From Candidatus Nanopusillus sp. (GTDB lineage Archaea; Nanobdellota; Nanobdellia; Nanobdellales; Nanobdellaceae): a DNA stretch of 7,560 nt. Below are positions 5,495-7,560 of the stretch, piece by piece. Position 1 is the first letter of the stretch; the number at the start of each line of letters is the position of its first letter. A program made the translations under genes and the position numbers. The stretch spans positions 1-7,560 of the forward strand of contig JAWDMD010000021.1 of assembly GCA_046536775.1 (NCBI GenBank), read 5' to 3'. Below the pieces are notes generated by a model. That model worked only from the letters and a program-made list of their open reading frames with translations. It searched no databases and had not been told where the DNA came from.

Positions 5495-6001
5495 TTATCT
5501 TTCGTATGTACCTATAAAATACCCATATCCAACAATATTTTCTTCTCTTGCATATCTAATAAAATCTTCAAAGAACCATCCATCTATATATAATTCTTTG
5601 TTTAGAAATAATACTATTGTATAATATCTATGTTTACCATGGCCCTTTGGAGGACATGGACCATCATATCCAATTTTTCCAAAGTCATTTTTACCCTGAA
5701 TAATTTGTACGTCATCTATTTTAACAATTCTTTCTTTTTTAATTCCTAGAGATATATTTTTTACTGGTTTATTTATATATGCAATCCAGTGTTTAAATAT
5801 ACCACCCGGTGCATCAGGATCTTCTACAAATAATAACATGCTTTTTGCATCATTTGGTATTTCTTCAATCACTATTGGAAATGATATATTTTTTCCTTCG
5901 CATGTATAGTCTTTTGGTATTTTTTCCAAATCTCTAAAGGAACTTGAATATATATTTACTTTTATTGCATTATCGGGTATTTTTATATCTAATATTTCCA
6001 T
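5495..6001 (-). CDS. PEBP (YbhB/YbcL, Raf-kinase-inhibitor-like) family protein
   Basis: 168-aa ORF with the two family signatures, VEDPDAPGG and GYDGPCPPKGHGKHRYYTIVLF. Confidence 0.9.
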   Translation of the reverse strand: MEILDIKIPDNAIKVNIYSSSFRDLEKIPKDYTCEGKNISFPIVIEEIPNDAKSMLLFVEDPDAPGGIFKHWIAYINKPVKNISLGIKKERIVKIDDVQIIQGKNDFGKIGYDGPCPPKGHGKHRYYTIVLFLNKELYIDGWFFEDFIRYAREENIVGYGYFIGTYER

Positions 6002-6005
6002 AAAA

Positions 6006-6018
6006 TATATTTATTTAA
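6006..6018 (+). promoter_or_regulatory. Candidate TATA region for the C/D box sRNA
   Basis: TATATTTATTTAA contains TATATTTA (centre 6009.5) and TTATTTAA (centre 6014.5). These would place a transcription start at about 6036-6041, at or just before the C box. Confidence 0.3.
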
Positions 6019-6022
6019 AAAT

Positions 6023-6030
6023 TTAATATA
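6023..6030 (-). promoter_or_regulatory. Candidate TATA box for the PEBP gene (leaderless)
   Basis: The minus strand reads TATATTAA. Its centre (6026.5) is 25.5 nt from the ATG at 6001. Confidence 0.3.
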
Positions 6031-6040
6031 TTTATCTTTC

Positions 6041-6088
6041 ATGATGAAAATCTAAAATCTGAAAAATGATGAATTGTCGGTCTACTGA
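6041..6088 (+). ncRNA. Box C/D sRNA (2'-O-methylation guide), minimal extent from C box to D box
   Basis: C box AUGAUGA (6041..6047); 11-nt guide AAAUCUAAAAU; D' box CUGA (6059..6062); 3-nt spacer AAA; C' box AUGAUGA (6066..6072); 12-nt guide AUUGUCGGUCUA; D box CUGA (6085..6088). All four boxes match consensus perfectly, and the spacer lengths and 48-nt size are typical of archaeal sRNAs. The element is intergenic, and the opposite strand has no such boxes. True ends may extend a few nt. There is no obvious terminal stem. Confidence 0.82.
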
Positions 6089-6096
6089 TTTATAAA
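6089..6096 (+). promoter_or_regulatory. Candidate TATA box for archease (leaderless)
   Basis: TTTATAAA lies immediately after the sRNA D box. Its centre (6092.5) is 26.5 nt from the ATG at 6119. Confidence 0.4.
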
Positions 6097-6118
6097 ATTA
6101 TTTAAAAATATTTCTAAT

Positions 6119-6577
6119 ATGACTGTTTTGAGAGAATATGAATATGAGGATCATACTGCAGATATAAAGATTGTTGGTTATGGAAATACCCCAAAAAGGG
6201 CTATTGAGGCATTAATATTGGGAATGTTTAATATTATATATGATAATGAAAAAGTTGAAAAAAAGGAAACAAAACAATTTGTAATTGAGGGAAAAAATAT
6301 ATTAGAAATTATATATAATGTTGCTAGGATATGTTTAGAGGATATTTTTTATAAAGATAAGTTTGCTTTAAGGGATATAAGAGTAAAAAACCTAAAAAAA
6401 GTTAGAGTTGAAAGCAAGAAATATAAATGGGTATGTAGATTTGAAGTTTATGGAGAAAAATATGATAAGGAAAAACATGGATTTAAGAAGGAAGTTAAAG
6501 CAGTTACTTTACATGATATAAATATTACAAAAATAATGAAAACCTATTGGAGTACAGAAATTGTTGTTGATGTCTAA
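6119..6577 (+). CDS. Archease (activator of the RtcB tRNA-splicing ligase)
   Basis: 152-aa ORF with the N-terminal YEYEDHTADIKIVGYG (conserved ..HTAD(I/V)....G), the KAVTLHDINI motif (KA(V/I)T(Y/L)H) and the C-terminal IVVDV. Size is typical of archaease family proteins. Confidence 0.9.
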   Translation: MTVLREYEYEDHTADIKIVGYGNTPKRAIEALILGMFNIIYDNEKVEKKETKQFVIEGKNILEIIYNVARICLEDIFYKDKFALRDIRVKNLKKVRVESKKYKWVCRFEVYGEKYDKEKHGFKKEVKAVTLHDINITKIMKTYWSTEIVVDV

Positions 6578-7452
6578 CTTTCCTGTTCTTTTTTAGCTTC
6601 AAAATATTTATATAAAGGTATATTTCCAATTAGATAATATAATAAATCTAATATTATTGCAACAGATAATACAAATGCGAATTCATCAACAGATGGTTCT
6701 GGCACTATAAAATATAATAAAAGTAATGTATACAATGCAATAATCTCCATTAGCATTCCAACTCTAAATGACATTCTTACTCTTTCAATAAATGGTTTTT
6801 CTTTTTCCTTTACTATATTTGTTGATAATACTACATTATTATCAATTGCAAATCCTAAAATCATTAACATTCCAATAAACCCATTTGCTCCTATAGGATA
6901 TTTTGTTATAGATAATATTGCCAATAATCCAACAATATCAAATAATATAGTAGATATTATATTTAAAGTAATCTTGGAAGCTCTAAATGCTATAAATATT
7001 ACAAATGCCGTAAGTACCATTGCTAAGATTACAAAGAATAAAAATTGATTAAATATAAGATTACCTACTAAAGAACTATAATGTTGTATTGATATATCTG
7101 TAGATAATAAGCTAATATTATAATCTTGATTTAGTAAATTAATTAATAATGTTTCATTAATTTGTTTTCCCGATTCAATATAAATAATATTTGGTGTATT
7201 ATATAATACATAATCTGTTATATTCATTTGATTCAATGTATTTTGTATTTCTGTGTTTGTTATATGATAATTGTTATTTATCAATGTTACATAACCTCCA
7301 GAAATTGTAATAGATTTATTAATTATATATCCATATTTAAAGTAATTGAATAATATTGTTCCGACAAATATTACAAATATTACCATGGAAATCATCAGAA
7401 ACTTTTTGTAATTATTTTCTATAAACGATAAGATTTTCATTAATATGCTCAT
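6574..7452 (-). CDS. secF: SecF-like protein-export membrane protein (SecD/SecF family)
   Basis: 292-aa ORF with an N-terminal TM segment, an extracytoplasmic domain of about 100 aa, then five TM segments. It contains IISTILFDIVGLLAILSI...GFIGMLMILGFAIDNNVVLSTNIVKEK, which resembles the SecD/F core (..HDV.I.LG..S......IAALLT.IGYS.NDTIV.FDRIRE). The size fits archaeal SecF rather than SecD. The start could instead be Met5. Confidence 0.78.
   Translation of the reverse strand: MSILMKILSFIENNYKKFLMISMVIFVIFVGTILFNYFKYGYIINKSITISGGYVTLINNNYHITNTEIQNTLNQMNITDYVLYNTPNIIYIESGKQINETLLINLLNQDYNISLLSTDISIQHYSSLVGNLIFNQFLFFVILAMVLTAFVIFIAFRASKITLNIISTILFDIVGLLAILSITKYPIGANGFIGMLMILGFAIDNNVVLSTNIVKEKEKPFIERVRMSFRVGMLMEIIALYTLLLLYFIVPEPSVDEFAFVLSVAIILDLLYYLIGNIPLYKYFEAKKEQES
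6589..6594 (+). terminator. T6 tract 12 nt after the archease stop, embedded in the convergent SecF coding region
   Basis: The sequence cTTTTTTag is the complement of the SecF C-terminal Lys-Lys codons. It is the only place an oligo-T terminator for archease can lie, because the two stop codons overlap. Confidence 0.3.
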
Positions 7453-7474
7453 TTTTTACATATTCTTAAAAAAA

Positions 7475-7482
7475 TATATAAA
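7475..7482. promoter_or_regulatory. Candidate shared TATA box for divergent secF and the partial downstream ORF
   Basis: The plus strand reads TATATAAA and the minus strand TTTATATA (consensus archaeal TATA). The centre (7478.5) is 26.5 nt from the secF ATG (7452) and 28.5 nt from the ATG at 7507. Confidence 0.4.
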
Positions 7483-7506
7483 CTTATATTCTTCATAAAT
7501 AGGTAT

Positions 7507-7560
7507 ATGAGATCATTTAATTATTTAGTAGAGATAATATTAGCTGTATCTTTAATATTA
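7507..7560 (+). CDS. 5' end of an unidentified ORF running off the window (hydrophobic N-terminus)
   Basis: The ATG at 7507 is followed by 17 open codons (MRSFNYLVEIILAVSLIL) up to the window edge. TATA spacing is appropriate and an upstream AGGT is present. The fragment is too short to identify. Confidence 0.3.
   Translation, partial: MRSFNYLVEIILAVSLIL

Noticed and set aside
6073-6084. The D guide is complementary to UAGACCG, which I recall from the conserved archaeal 23S segment GGGUUUAGACCGUCGUGAGACAG near the peptidyl-transferase centre
   Set aside because: Only 7 contiguous base pairs match from memory, and the next positions (UCGUG against the required ACAAU) do not pair even with G:U wobble. 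That rRNA segment is too conserved to expect compensating changes. The target remains unknown.
1-7560. A search for CRISPR repeats, IS or transposon ends, integrase or att sites at the tRNAs, toxin-antitoxin pairs and defence-system genes
   Set aside because: There are no spaced direct repeats, no long inverted repeats, no integrase/transposase-like ORF and no duplicated tRNA 3' segment. Every sizeable ORF is either a recognisable housekeeping family or a plain membrane protein. I find no support for a defence or mobile system in this window.

Overview
This is a very AT-rich (by eye about three-quarters A+T), tightly packed archaeal chromosome segment. The only GC-rich islands are two tRNA genes and short Gly/Pro/Ala-coding motifs. 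In order, the window holds: an intron-containing tRNA-Met(CAT) (-); a stand-alone ribosomal protein uS11 (+); a motif-complete DHH/DHHA1 phosphoesterase (-); tRNA-Thr(CGT) (+); two divergent uncharacterised multi-pass membrane proteins; an ASCH-plus-HTH protein; a second RecJ/Cdc45-like DHH protein with degenerate motifs, translationally coupled to uS15 (-); a PEBP-family protein (-); archease (+); a SecF-like membrane protein (-); and the first 18 codons of another ORF. The main thing the ORF track does not explain is a textbook archaeal box C/D sRNA (C, D', C', D boxes all perfect) at 6041..6088, between the PEBP and archease genes. The second recurring signal is promoter geometry. TATA-like octamers sit about 24-28 nt from nearly every start codon and from the mature 5' G of both tRNAs, which suggests leaderless mRNAs and possibly leaderless tRNAs. 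Two divergent gene pairs appear to share one central palindromic TATA. I see no CRISPR array, mobile element, or recognisable defence or toxin system. This looks like core housekeeping DNA from a reduced-genome, probably thermophilic archaeon; Nanoarchaeota-like is only an inference. The novelty claims here are therefore modest. All homology calls rest on motif recognition by eye, with no database search.
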